Below, piece by piece: positions 26,272-37,942 of a DNA stretch of 64,000 bases. The number at the start of each line of letters is the position of its first letter. Within the stretch, counting starts at the first letter, position 1. The DNA is taken from contig OZ076409.1 of the NCBI GenBank assembly GCA_964187785.1, positions 5,210,001 through 5,274,000 of the forward strand. Reading direction: 5' to 3'. Origin of the DNA: Amphiscolops sp. MND2022 (taxonomy: Eukaryota). Both the position numbers and the translations under genes were made by a program. The notes under the pieces were generated by a model. That model was given only the letters and a program-made list of their open reading frames with translations, was not told where the DNA came from and made no database searches.

Positions 26272-26917
26272 GGATTACCAGAAATTTCGTCGTCGGAAAG
26301 TTAGTCGTCAGAAATTTCGTCGTCGGAAATTTCGTCGTCGGAAATTTCGTCGTCGGAAATTTCGTCGTCGGTGATTACGTTCTACAAAACGTCGCATTTT
26401 CTTTATTCTATTAGGAATCGTCTTATTATTGAGTCTTAATAATTATCGATAATTGTGCAATAATTACTATCATTGACTACTTTTCGTTATGGTTTTGAAA
26501 AAGTTTCGGACCTAAGAACTCCCCATATACACCTTGTTTCTTATCCCCCCAACGCGAAGTTGTTTCGACACTTGAAGCAAAAATTTCCATTACCAAAGGA
26601 TTTTTTGATAATTTTCTAACAAAAAGCAAAAATTCCCCCTCGAGCAAGCTTGAATTGAGTTGTAAAGTCCCGGTAGGTAGTTCCACCGGTAGGACTGAAA
26701 ATATACCATTGCTTAATAAGCGTCTTGATGAGTTGATTCAATGCAATTAACTTTTTGACTCAATTTTGGTGTCAAAATGAAACTTGTTCTTAAGATCTCA
26801 TTTTAATAATTGAGTAATTGTATAATTCAAATGATATCTTTTGGTGAACGCTGTTATTCTAATCAATACGACGAAATTTCCGACGACGAAGTTTCTGACG
26901 ACGAAATTTCCGCCTCC
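26272..26917. mobile_element. Foldback/MULE-like non-autonomous element with tandem-repeat TIRs
   Basis: About 6 x GAAATTTCGTCGTCG at 26281-26371 and about 3 inverted copies at 26868-26911; flanked by the direct repeat CGTTTTTGA(GGATT). Confidence 0.7.
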
Positions 26918-27214
26918 CGTTTTTGAGGATTTCTTTGAGAGCGGAACCTTAAGTTTAGCTGTCTGTTTGGAAGTTTTTTCATTGCTCAAGCTCGTAACAA
27001 AACCTGAAAAGCTGAAAAAATTGAATATACGATAACGCTTAACTGGTTTCAAGTCTTTTATAAATTTTAGATATTTCCCTCAGCCTGGTTCTTTTCCCCG
27101 GTTCCTCAAGCACGAAAAATCCACGTTTTTAGCATTGTTCGAAGCTTTTGCAAGATCAACACTGCAATACCCCAGAGAAGCAAGTTTGCATATTGTGTTT
27201 TTCAAAACGTGAGC

Positions 27215-27779
27215 AACAAGCCGGGAAGGGCATAAGTCGGCGCCATATCTCAGGCTCAGAAATGGCAAAAGGACTTCAAAATGTCTCAAGTATTTTGTTC
27301 TACATTACCCGTGAAGTAGTAGCTAAAGAGCTAGAATTAGAGGACAAATCATAGACAGACATTTATCACTGTTTGATATTATTATACTTAATTGTCTACA
27401 CGTATTCTCTTTTACAGTAGCAGAAAAACCCAAAAGTTGGACCGAATTGGCGCACTAAAAGAGAGGACTCTTTCGGATTTTTCAAAATCTATTCTGTCGA
27501 AAAACATCAAAAAAATTGAAGGGGACTCTTTTGAGAAAAAAGTTAGAAAAAAAGTCTTACAATGGCCAAATATAAAACTGAAAGGGGGACCTTTAAGTCT
27601 CGCCCGGTATTGTATGTTGCGCTGAAAAAAAAGAACAACTATTTTGGTCAAGTTCCTTCGGCCAGATTGTCCAATTTGAACACCTTAAAGGTTCATAGAT
27701 TTTTTAAGAACTATTTTGGTCGCTAAAAAAGAGTCACTAGTATAGTCGCGTTTCTTTTCGCGAAGAGCCGACTTAAAAA
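27215..27779 (-). mobile_element. HINE-like element (minus strand), with a ~110 bp internal insertion
   Basis: AACAAGCCGGGAAGGGCATAAGTCGGCGCCATATC ... GAGCCGACTTAAAAA. Confidence 0.7.
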
Positions 27780-27999
27780 CGAGCGGAAATTTTTGAAGAA
27801 GATTTCAACGCAATCGTCGGCATCACCGTTTGGAGATTGCTTGTGCATTCTGAAACTTCTGTAAGATTTCTGTCATTTTGAGCAAGCAACAAAAAGAATG
27901 TAATTCTTTATCATTTGTCCGTTAATAATAAGTTGGTTGTGAATCTTTAACTCTTTTTTTTGTGATTGATCTTGCTTTAACCCGATTGCTTTTAGACGG

Positions 28000-28583
28000 T
28001 AAATTTTATCAAAATGAGTCCGACTATTACAGTGACAAGTTTTTTTCTTTCTTTTTTTTTCGTCAGACCACAGAATGTATGAGTAGTGGACACTTTTTAC
28101 AGAAAGTACTGGACCGGCAAGCGGAATCGCATCTAAGTTAGTGTAAATGGTCCCCTTTCGTGTACTCAATTTTTAACGTAAGATACAAAACCGAACGGGA
28201 CTACAGGGTCCCCCTTTGAATTTTTTCGGTACTGTGCGACTTTTTTTTCGAGTTTTTTTTTGTCGCCAAAGGGTTCCGCTCAACTTTTTTGATATTTTGC
28301 AGTAAACTAAAGTTTCAAAAAGCCCAAAGGGTCTCCCCTTTCTAGTTTTTCGGCACTATGAGACAATTTCAAAAATCTCGTTTTTCGTTTTCTTTCGAAA
28401 TTCTTTTCAGATAATTTTTTCAAGTTTTTCAATATCTCCAAAGGGTCCCCCCTCAACTTTTTTGATATTTTGCTACAAACTGGGTTTGAAAAAGTCTAGA
28501 GGGTCCCCCCTTTAACAATTTTAAAAATTTTGCGCCTTTTGAGCCTTAGATATAGCGCCGACTTTAGACGTTCCCGTCCTTTT
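28000..28583 (+). mobile_element. HINE-like element, degenerate 5' end
   Basis: GAGTCCGACTATTACAGT, GGGTCCCC repeats and 3' GATATAGCGCCGACTTTAGACGTTCCCGTC. Confidence 0.65.
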
Positions 28584-28729
28584 AGTTTTTCATTTCAATA
28601 CATTTCATTTCAATACACTACCAGAAGAGCAAAGATACACTACACCAATGCAAAGCTAGAGAGCAGTTGTGTGTGCAGTGAGCGTTGTTTCAAATTATTA
28701 CGTAATAAGAGTTGAACTTTTTTTTGAAC

Positions 28730-29554
28730 ATGGCCTCTTGCGAAATCAAAAGCGCCATAGAAGCAATTGAGAATGCCGATTTAAAGCAAATTCTTACTGA
28801 AATCGTTACTAATCTTACCATCAAAGACGAGAAAATTAAATCACTGGAAAACAAGGTAGCTGATTTGGAGGCACGTGTGGACGAATGTGAAATCTATTCA
28901 TCAAAAGACTGTATTATAATGGAGAATTTACCAATAAAAAACTTCAACAATGGTAATGTACCCCCTCTCAGTCATCAGGTATGCGACTTTTTGAAATCCT
29001 ATATCAATTATGAGACCCATCCCAGTAGTTTTAAAGCTTGCCATCCTCTTGGGCCCTGGAAAAATGAAAAACATGCACCAGCAATTATTGTCAAGTTCGT
29101 GTACTTTGGAGAAAAAAATGAGATTTATGGCCGTAAATCTTGGTTATCAAGGTCATCAAACCCTCTTAATGGTCAAGCTATGTACTTCAAAGAGAGGCTC
29201 CCACCCAAACAGCGTGAAATCAAAAACAAAGCCGAAGAAGAAGGGTTGATAACAACTACATACAATTGCCAAGTAAAAGCTTTTACCAGAAGTTTCGATG
29301 GAAGATACAAAAGCGTCAAGTTGAATTCTGTGAAAGCGGTACATGATATCAAAGACATAGCTGTTAAAAAAGTCAAGCCATCTCAAAAGCAGCATGAAAA
29401 AATTGCAATGACGCCTGAACCATCCAAACTCGTGGAAAATCAAATGAAATCTTTATTGAAACGAATACGGTCGTCACCAGATGAGGAGGGCCTGCAATCC
29501 TTGAAAAACTTCTGTCGCGATAATGACATCAATGGACGAGGGACTGTAAATTGA
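28730..29554 (+). CDS. LINE ORF1 protein (coiled coil plus RRM-like domain)
   Basis: Heptad coiled coil (KIKSLENKVADLEARVDE), then EIYSSKDCIIMENLP, CHPL, PAIIVKFV and YFKERLP, typical of ORF1p. First ATG at 28730 (ORF track starts at TTG 28712). Confidence 0.85.
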   Translation: MASCEIKSAIEAIENADLKQILTEIVTNLTIKDEKIKSLENKVADLEARVDECEIYSSKDCIIMENLPIKNFNNGNVPPLSHQVCDFLKSYINYETHPSSFKACHPLGPWKNEKHAPAIIVKFVYFGEKNEIYGRKSWLSRSSNPLNGQAMYFKERLPPKQREIKNKAEEEGLITTTYNCQVKAFTRSFDGRYKSVKLNSVKAVHDIKDIAVKKVKPSQKQHEKIAMTPEPSKLVENQMKSLLKRIRSSPDEEGLQSLKNFCRDNDINGRGTVN

Positions 29555-29725
29555 TGAACTTGCAGTCAAATTTCTGAAAAGTTTCAAAAATGATAATGGA
29601 CAAATAGTTTGAAACCTAAACCTCACTACACTTAAAACATAAACTTCCTAAAGTTTGACTGCAAATACTTCCTTAATTCTCTGAACTTTGCGTTTTTCTT
29701 CAGTTTTTGTCAGCTTGCAATAAGG

Positions 29726-32566
29726 ATGGAATCTGTGGAAACTTTTAAAACCTCAGACATTTTTTACATGAACATACGTTCACTTAGGTGCTATCATGAC
29801 CAGTTAATTACTACTTTTGATGATTTTGAAGTAAAACCTGTGTTGATTTGCCTTTGTGAAACTTGGTTGACAGAAAATGACCCTATTGACCTTTATTGGC
29901 TCGACGACTACTCTGAAATTGAAACATCAAATAGACTGAACAAACTTGGTGGCGGTTTAGCTTTCTACGCGAGAGAAGACGTGAATTACACTACAACCAA
30001 ATGTAAATCTAATATTGAACACGTAATTGTCACAATCCATCGGGACGCTTTAGGTCCGCTAAATGTCTGCCTGATTTATAGACCACCAGATGCTAAAGCT
30101 GTCTTTTTTGATGAAATGGATTGTCTTCTAACTGATTTGTTTGAAATGAAAGGAGATTCCATACTCGTAGGAGACTTCAATATTGATGTTCTTGATAATC
30201 TAGACTATAAAACCAAAAAACTAGAAATTTGTTTGGAAGCATTCGGACTATCTGTGCAGAATGAAGAGCCTACTCGAGAGACTCTGTCAACTTCGAAATG
30301 CATTGACCTCTGCATATCAACTAAAGAAATAAAAGTTGAAACTCTCAAATACAAAATCAGTGACCACTATGCATTGAGATTTCCTATTTTATATGACACA
30401 AATCATTGCAACGATAATGATGTTATTCAGTTTCGTGATTTTTCCGGCTTTTCTAAAGAAGATCATCATTTGAAATTTTTGTTCTACATAGATCAAGCAC
30501 TTCGTAAATGTCAGTGTGACACAGTTGAAAGCAAATTAGAGTACCTCACCGGTGTTCTGAATTCAGCTTCCGAGAAGTATGCTCCACACAAAACTTTTGA
30601 TGCTACGAAGAAAAGATCAAATTGGGTAACAAACCATATCAAATCTTTGATTCATAAACGTGATAAAGCGCATGCCTCTTACGTTAAAGAGGCTAGCAAA
30701 AAGAACGAGTTAGTTTACAAGAAACTCCGTAACTCGGTCACCAGTGAAATTCGGAAAGCTAAACGATCCTATTATGACAAAAAAATCAAAAACGTGTGCA
30801 ATTCAAAAGAATTATTCAACTGTTTTAACCATTTTTGTGGGAAAGAAACCAAGAAACAAAGAGAAGTAGACGTTGAGAAATTTAATGATTTTTTTGTAAG
30901 TATTGGAAAAAAACTTGCAAACGAGTGTAGTGAATCCTTACCCAATGTTGACTTCGACGCGGACGGACCTGTTCAAACTTTCGCTCTCTTCGAGACAGAT
31001 GCATCTGAAGTTTACAGTATAATCAAACACCTAAAGAACAAAATTTCTTCTGGTCATGATGGCATCTCTAATAAACTTTTGAGGCTTGCTGCATCTTCAA
31101 TTAGTCAATTTTTAGCCAATATTTTCAATGAGTGTATAAATGATTCAAAGTTTCCTAAGTCTATGAAAATTGCGAAAGTTCTTCCGCTTTTAAAGAAAGG
31201 TGATTTTTCCTTACCGGATAATTATCGCCCTATTAGTCTTTTGACTTCGCTGAGCAAAATTTTTGAAAAACTCATTCACAAACGTATAACAAAATTTTTG
31301 GCGAAGCATAAACTACTAACTCCCAAACAATTCGGTTTTAGAGAAAATTTTTCTTGTGCACATGCAATTGCAGAAATCACTGAATTTATGAGAAAAACAA
31401 TTGACAAAAAACACTATGGCTTGGCAGCTTTCATTGATTTAAAAAAAGCCTTTGATACCGTTGATCACAATCTTCTTATTAAAAAACTAAATAGCTTTGG
31501 ACTACGCGGTCAAATTGAAAATTTGCTCAGAGATTACTTATCTGACAGAGAACAATTCGTATTTTCGGGTAATCAAAAGTCTTCATCGAGGAGCATTGAT
31601 TGTGGAGTTCCACAAGGTTCAATCTTGGGCCCACTCTTGTTTTTGATATACATAAATGATTTGCCTGAAACATGTAAGAATTCAAGCATGGTTCTATTTG
31701 CTGATGATACCGCAATTGTAACTTCTAAAAGCTGTAGAAATGTAACAAAAGATGTAGAATTGGATCTAAAAAGCATGAATCAATGGTTTTCGGTTAACAA
31801 AATGACTGTCAACGTATCTAAGTGTACAATTTTACCCTTTGGAAAAACAATAACCGCAACGGAAATTGACGAACTTGAGGGTTTAGCAGGCGAAATAGAC
31901 ATTGTAGATAAATTGAAGTACCTAGGCGTTAGTATCGACAAAAGATTGAATTTTCATAGCCATATAGCGAGTATCCAGAAAAGATTAGCTAAATTTAATG
32001 GTTTGGTCTACAAGGCACGTTATTGTTTTTCCCGGAAAGCTCTCTTAAGGTTTTATCAAGCATATGCAAAACCAATTATACTGTACGGTTTGCTCATATA
32101 CGGCGGTACAAGACATTCAGTGCTGAATGAGATTCTATTAATGCAAAAACGAATTATACGAACAATTTTCTTCAGAAAACGTAGCGATACAGTGTCTGAC
32201 TTGTTTATGAAACATAAAATAGAAACAGTTTTTGAACTTTACGTTGAAGAAATATTCAAAGAGACTCTATTTCAAATTTATGGTTTTTCGACAATTAGAT
32301 CATTGGATCTTCAAAATCAAGCTTTCCTACGGACAACTCGATCTCAAATTGCTGGACTAATTCGACCCCATTTTTCGCGAACTGTTACAGCCAAAAACTC
32401 ATTAGCCGGGAGAGTTACAAAATGTTACAACTTTTTAATGAAAAACGATCTATTGCCTAGTTTCGGAAACAATATTGACAAAATAATGTTAAAAAAGTTC
32501 ATAATGAATTTCAAAGAACTGTACATCCTTGACAGTGAAACAACTTTTAACCTCATTTTTGGTTAA
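29726..32566 (+). CDS. LINE ORF2: AP endonuclease plus reverse transcriptase (946 aa, uninterrupted)
   Basis: YMNIRSL, CETWL, GGG, IYRPP, GDFNID and SDHY (APE); NYRPISLL, QFGFR, DLKKAFDTV, GVPQGSILGP, FADD and KYLG (RT). Confidence 0.97.
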   Translation: MESVETFKTSDIFYMNIRSLRCYHDQLITTFDDFEVKPVLICLCETWLTENDPIDLYWLDDYSEIETSNRLNKLGGGLAFYAREDVNYTTTKCKSNIEHVIVTIHRDALGPLNVCLIYRPPDAKAVFFDEMDCLLTDLFEMKGDSILVGDFNIDVLDNLDYKTKKLEICLEAFGLSVQNEEPTRETLSTSKCIDLCISTKEIKVETLKYKISDHYALRFPILYDTNHCNDNDVIQFRDFSGFSKEDHHLKFLFYIDQALRKCQCDTVESKLEYLTGVLNSASEKYAPHKTFDATKKRSNWVTNHIKSLIHKRDKAHASYVKEASKKNELVYKKLRNSVTSEIRKAKRSYYDKKIKNVCNSKELFNCFNHFCGKETKKQREVDVEKFNDFFVSIGKKLANECSESLPNVDFDADGPVQTFALFETDASEVYSIIKHLKNKISSGHDGISNKLLRLAASSISQFLANIFNECINDSKFPKSMKIAKVLPLLKKGDFSLPDNYRPISLLTSLSKIFEKLIHKRITKFLAKHKLLTPKQFGFRENFSCAHAIAEITEFMRKTIDKKHYGLAAFIDLKKAFDTVDHNLLIKKLNSFGLRGQIENLLRDYLSDREQFVFSGNQKSSSRSIDCGVPQGSILGPLLFLIYINDLPETCKNSSMVLFADDTAIVTSKSCRNVTKDVELDLKSMNQWFSVNKMTVNVSKCTILPFGKTITATEIDELEGLAGEIDIVDKLKYLGVSIDKRLNFHSHIASIQKRLAKFNGLVYKARYCFSRKALLRFYQAYAKPIILYGLLIYGGTRHSVLNEILLMQKRIIRTIFFRKRSDTVSDLFMKHKIETVFELYVEEIFKETLFQIYGFSTIRSLDLQNQAFLRTTRSQIAGLIRPHFSRTVTAKNSLAGRVTKCYNFLMKNDLLPSFGNNIDKIMLKKFIMNFKELYILDSETTFNLIFG

Positions 32567-33003
32567 AGTTCCAGAATTCCTAATTCCTAGTATATTCCTT
32601 TATTGGAGCTGACAACTCTTTTTTTGTTTTTGGGGGCGTATACCCTAGAGCTGTAAAGCTCCTTTCTGCGTCCCGGTCAGATATGTGTTCCTCATATGAA
32701 TAAATATAAATTGTTTTTGTGTTTTTAGTTCATACCATATTTATCTGACCAAATCAATTCAAATATTCAAATATTCAAGAGTTTCACTAAGATTTCAAAA
32801 CAACTTAAATCAGTAATTGTGGCTGTTGGAAACTCATAAAGTTTAATATTACACTGCCAGTTTTTGTTCTGGAATAAAATTCTGGGACAAAAAGTTCTGG
32901 AATAAAATTACACTATGGTATCAAAAAGCTACGTACACCAACATTTTTTAAAAAAACACAGATCAGAGTAAAATTTGAAACAACTGTTGAAACAAATAAT
33001 AAA

Positions 33004-34508
33004 TCAATATCCCGTCAAACTCCCATGGCTTTTGATTACCTTCACCAAACGATTCTCATACGATGAGTACAAGTTGCGAACAACATCAGGGTTTATGTTG
33101 TTCCACACTTCCATAACCTTTTCTTCTAAAATTTCCCAGATAACAATCTGAACTCAGAAGCTTTTTTTAAAAATGGCCCAATTATTTCCAATAGGATTCA
33201 GGTCAGGACTGTAAATTGGCCAATCCAGCACCTCCCATTGCTTTTGGGCCAGAAAATTGCGAACAACTTCACTTTCGGGTACTGGGGCGTTGTCTTGCTG
33301 GAACACCAAATCCGGTATATTCAAATGTTGATCGTATTGCTTTAAAATCTCCAAATATCCGTAACTGTTAAGTGTTGCCGGACATTTAATTAGCATTTTC
33401 CTACCATCTGATCTGATGGACCCCCAAAACATCATAGATCTTTTGTCCGTGCGTATTCCTTGGGTGTTTTTGGGGCAAAAGCGACGACCAGTTTTTCTGA
33501 ACACCCGCACAACGCCATCACTATTCAAGCGCACAAGGGTTTTGTCTGAGAATACGACGTTTTCCCAGAAGCCTAGTATCGATCCAGCTAAAATTCAGAA
33601 CAAAAATGCGAGTGAAAGTTCGAGTGAAACAAAAACAACCTTCTTCAAGCTTACAATACCACCCAATCTGGCCAATGAAAATGCATCTAAGGTAGTGCAG
33701 AAGGTCCCCCCTCTCATTTTCTCTGTTTTTAAACCTAACATACGAAACCGAACGAGACTAAAAGGTCCCCTTTCAAACTTTATGATCTTTTGGTGTTTTG
33801 AGGTTTTTTGTCGTTCCAAAAAAGTCCTGAGCAGAGTTTCTATACTTTGCGCTTTTTGAGCCTTAGGTTTGGCGCCGACTTTAGATGTTCTCGTCTTGTA
33901 TCATTGAGAGCACCATCAAAAGCGCTATTAGTTCACTCTACGAAAGTGATTGATTTGATAATTTTTTTAAAATTCGTTTTGGTTTTTTCTACGCTTTGAG
34001 ATTTTACTCAAATATTTTGCGAAATTCCAAAACTTTTTCCGATTTTCAGTGGAAAATTGACGCTGGATAAAAACCAAGGGGCTTTTTCAACTTTCTCGAG
34101 CACCAGCGTTTTCTGATCAGTCTTTGTTTTTTGTTCAAGTTGAACTTTTTTGCGGGTTTTCTAGAAACAATTCCGTACTTCTTCAGGATTCTTCGAATAG
34201 TACATTTAGAAACTGTCTTTGACGTTGAAAAAGAGTTTGGCAGTACTCTTACTCGTTCTAATGTTGTTTTTGGGTCTTTTTCCACTCTTCGAACTATTAG
34301 TCTTTGCTCTTTTTCGCTGAGCTTTTCTGGCCGGCCTGGAGGTTTTTTCGCCACAAAAGAGTTCGTTCTCAAAAAAACGCTGATAAGCTGTTTGAGCTGT
34401 CGATCGAGATTTAAGACCCAACTTTTCTTTAATTTCTTTGTATGATAAACCCATTTCGCGAAATGTAACGATTTTGCAAACAACGTATGAATCCAAAGGT
34501 TTGACCAT
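33004..34508 (-). pseudogene. Tc1 transposase (DD34E type), frameshifted and interrupted
   Basis: HTH region with GRP, WENVVFSD, MFWG, FQQDNAP and WPIYSPDLNPIG (catalytic E appears as G); frameshifts near 34375 and 33165; insert at 33573-34074. Confidence 0.9.
33640..33899 (+). mobile_element. HINE-like fragment nested inside the Tc1 insert
   Basis: GGTCCCC repeats and 3' GGCGCCGACTTTAGATGTTCTCGTCTTGT. Confidence 0.65.
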
Positions 34509-35133
34509 TTTCAACAATGTTTAATCCAAGAGTGATTGATTTCACTTCCGGTTGAGAATGAAAATGAAAAGTTCTTCACAAACTGAATAAGATTTAATTT
34601 TCAGCTGTACGTCGCTTTTTGCTACCATAGTGTATTTTAGTTTTTGGCTACCAGGGCAATGGCTTATCTCGTTTAAAACACGTGAAATATAAGCTTGACC
34701 GGGACGAACTTCTTTAAATTGAGCGCAAATCAATTTCGGTACCGGTTTTCGGTCATTGACCTTTCCATTCAGCGCTGTTTTTGATTGACGGTTGAATAAA
34801 ATGACAAAAAAAAAGAGAATAGCAAAACCAATTAATAAAGAATAAATGATCAAAAAATGATTAAAGCAAGTTCTGAAGAGCTTCTGAGAACGTTATTTTT
34901 TTCTGAAAGAACCAATTCACATCACCAATGGTGCAATTTACCAAAACAAACATAACATCTTTTTCAAAACTGAAAAGTGAGCAGAAATGTATAACTTTTT
35001 CGCTCCTAAATATAGGTCGTGGTATACAATTGTTGCTATTATTAATTGTCACAAAAAATGAAACTTTAAAAAAATATGATTACAGCTCAATGATAAAATT
35101 GCAAATTTATTGGAGCATCACAAAATATATCGA

Positions 35134-36058
35134 ACAATGAACAGTATTCACAATTAAATTCAGTTTGTCAAAATGAATTAAAAACCTTTTGCTCAAAACA
35201 TACCAAGTATTAATCTAGTTATTGAAAATATCAAAGATCTTTTCTGTTACCTCTCCCACCAATTTAATTCCCTCCAGTTAAGCGGTCAAGTGAAAATATT
35301 TTTGATATAATAGTAAAAACCAACCAAATTTCAGTGTGGTTAGTCGGTGCTTTTGTAAAATAAAAGAGCCCGACTGTTACAGTCACTCGTTTCTTTTTCT
35401 TCAAGACACACTCGAATGCGACGAAATTTTTGTTCAATTTGTTCAACTAAATGAATACCTCGGAAACGAATCTAAGTTATAGCGAAGGGTCGCCTTTCAT
35501 TTTTTACTTTTCAAACGTAACATACAAAACCGGACGAGACTAAAGGTCCCCCTGTCAGTATTTTCGGCGCTGTTAGTCTTTTTTCCGAAAAAATTTTTGT
35601 CTTCAAAGGGTCCCTTCGATTTTATTGAAGTCCACCCTCGTAATATCCGGAGTTAAGCGCTATATCCGACCTTTTGATGTTATATCCGAACTATATCGCC
35701 GTTTTGTAAGGAGGAAGCGGAAGTCCGAAGAGAGGAGTTATGGAAAGAGGGACGTTTTTAGCAATCTTTCCGTTCTCAATTTCAATTTTTGGTAAATCTT
35801 TGTTGACAAATATGATACTTCTAAACTCAGGTATGCAAAGAAAAAGAAAGTGTTGGAAAAAGTTTTAAATGAAAAAAACAAATTTACTGAATAAAAGTAT
35901 CCAGCCTACGGAACCATATTTCGTTTATGCTCCCTTCTTAAAAGTCAATTAATTCAACGTGATACGGAAGACTTGATGAATCATACCGAAGTCAAAACAC
36001 CATTAGACTAAAACAATTCGGGTTTGAATTGGAACCTGAGGCCGACTACGTTGAACTT
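35134..36058. repeat. 925-bp inverted duplication, left arm (contains a partial HINE-like copy from about 35340)
   Basis: Reverse complement of 38351-39275 with only a few substitutions; the ORF track shows an identical 60-aa ORF on opposite strands. Confidence 0.95.
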
Positions 36059-37253
36059 AACTATTTATTTTGCACCCCTGGGTACAGTTAGTTCTAAAAT
36101 ATCGCAACTCCTTTGCTTAAAATTTCTTAGAATTTTATCTAGTTTACAAAAATGTTTTGGAATTTAAAAAGAGTATTTCATTTCAAAAAAGAACTAATTC
36201 CGTTTCTATCTTATACAAAAATCTCCCAAAAGCTATTCAAGTGAAAGTTTCTCAATTTTTCAATAAGAGTTGAGGCGTTGAGGCAACTAGCGTTGGTGGG
36301 ACATAGACACCTTTTTACTAGGCTTTGGTGGGACATGCATTAGGTGGGACATAAAAGGTTCGCCATATGAATGAGTTAAAGTAAACAAATAAGAATTAAA
36401 AGCCGAATGGTTAGAGCAATAGATTCGGAGTCTGATGAAGAAGCTGAAAGTATCTATCGATGTCTTGAATTCTATTTCTGTAGCTTGTTAACCCTAACTG
36501 GACCAAGAAAATTCCGGATCCACCCAAAACTCTGGTGCTAAAATATTGAGGCCTTTTTGAAATGATCTAGAACAAAATATTTTTGCAGTTTTGCGGGAGG
36601 TATAATACTCGGTCACTTGGATTTGTACGTAAACTCTAATATGCTACGGCAACTTAATTCCAATTCGTTCAATCATATTTTGTATATCACTGTAGTTCAA
36701 ATGTGATAGTATCACAAATATTTCTCAAGTTGAACAAAGCAGATTTAGTGGGACATAGACCGCCTTTTTACAAAGCCTTGGTGGGATGGCCACTTCTTTT
36801 GAAAAAAAATATAGGGCCATTGCTTAAAGAGGTGAGCCTTCTCGATTCCAGTATGAATTTTTTTATGTAAGAAAAAGACGCTTCTTGTAAAAAGTCGGCG
36901 CCAAAAAAGGCGCATAGTGCTGAAAAAACCCTAAGGGCGGACACTTTAGTCACCCCTCTACTTCTGGAAGCATAAGAAAACTTTGTGGTTTAGTGCCAGA
37001 AATCGACAAACCTTTGCAAAACCATGGGACCCGAATAATCGAGTACGAAATGACAGCCATGATAATTCGAGCATTGTTTCGATCAATTTGTTTTGGATAT
37101 TTCCGTCATTTTCTCCCAAAGCCATTGTCTATCAAATTGCAACTGTTAAATGAACGTAAAAACCTATATGGTTGTCTTTACAGCTCTTTTGACATTAGCA
37201 GCAAACAAGGCTACTAAATTTATCGCTATGTACCAAACTTTATCAGTTGAAGA

Positions 37254-37679
37254 CAGGAATTGGAAAATATCAATTGCAATTTAATTGAAATTCAAAAATG
37301 GCACAAAAAATTAATTGCACTTTTCGAAAAACTCCAATTCAATTGATCAATTATTTGGCAATTAATTTCAACGATAAACATTTAAAATTTCATTCATACT
37401 ATCACAATCAAAAATGATGTTCGGAATGAGCTTTTTACGAAATTTGCAACAAATTAGCGCCTGGAATTACGTTAATATTTGCCAAGTATGCACTCAATTC
37501 ATTTAGCTATGTTTGGCTATACAAATATGCCCGAGAAATAGGCTAAGAGAATTGCAATGAATTGGTTTTCATTGCCTACTTTCCAATCAATTCTTTGACG
37601 TCTTAAAATTACCCAATAAAAATATTTTCATTGAAAAATTGCAATTTATTGTTCATCAATCAAAATTTTCCAATTCCTG
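37254..37679. mobile_element. hAT-type MITE
   Basis: 15-bp TIR CAGGAATTGGAAAAT / ATTTTCCAATTCCTG; 8-bp TSD GTTGAAGA / GTTAAAGA; internal CAATTG-rich repeats. Confidence 0.8.
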
Positions 37680-37742
37680 GTTAAAGATTCTTTTCAAATT
37701 CTTTTTACCTGGGGGGGTGGAATAAATGACATTGTCCTAAAG

Positions 37743-37942
37743 NNNNNNNNNNNNNNNNNNNNNNNNNNNNNNNNNNNNNNNNNNNNNNNNNNNNNNNNNN
37801 NNNNNNNNNNNNNNNNNNNNNNNNNNNNNNNNNNNNNNNNNNNNNNNNNNNNNNNNNNNNNNNNNNNNNNNNNNNNNNNNNNNNNNNNNNNNNNNNNNNN
37901 NNNNNNNNNNNNNNNNNNNNNNNNNNNNNNNNNNNNNNNNNN
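37743..37942. other. Assembly gap (200 N)
   Basis: Run of exactly 200 N, typical of a fixed-size scaffolding join. Confidence 0.99.

Larger units (their letters stand above)
28620..32779 (+). mobile_element. Non-LTR retrotransposon (LINE), CR1/L2 group, apparently intact; 5' boundary approximate
   Basis: ORF1 plus APE-RT ORF2, structured 3' UTR and a short tandem tail (ATTCAAAT)n at about 32757-32779. Confidence 0.9.
32911..34632 (-). mobile_element. Tc1-family DNA transposon, defective
   Basis: ~28 bp TIRs CACTATGGTA(T/G)CAAAAAGC(T/G)ACGTACA; TA TSD at 32909-32910 and 34633-34634. Confidence 0.93.

Noticed and set aside
26281..26371. Short regular repeats resembling a CRISPR array
   Set aside because: Head-to-tail 15-mers with no spacers, no cas genes and a eukaryotic TE context.
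28600..28640. TSD for the LINE (AAGAG at about 28625 and 32777)
   Set aside because: Too short to distinguish from chance; the 5' boundary is unresolved.
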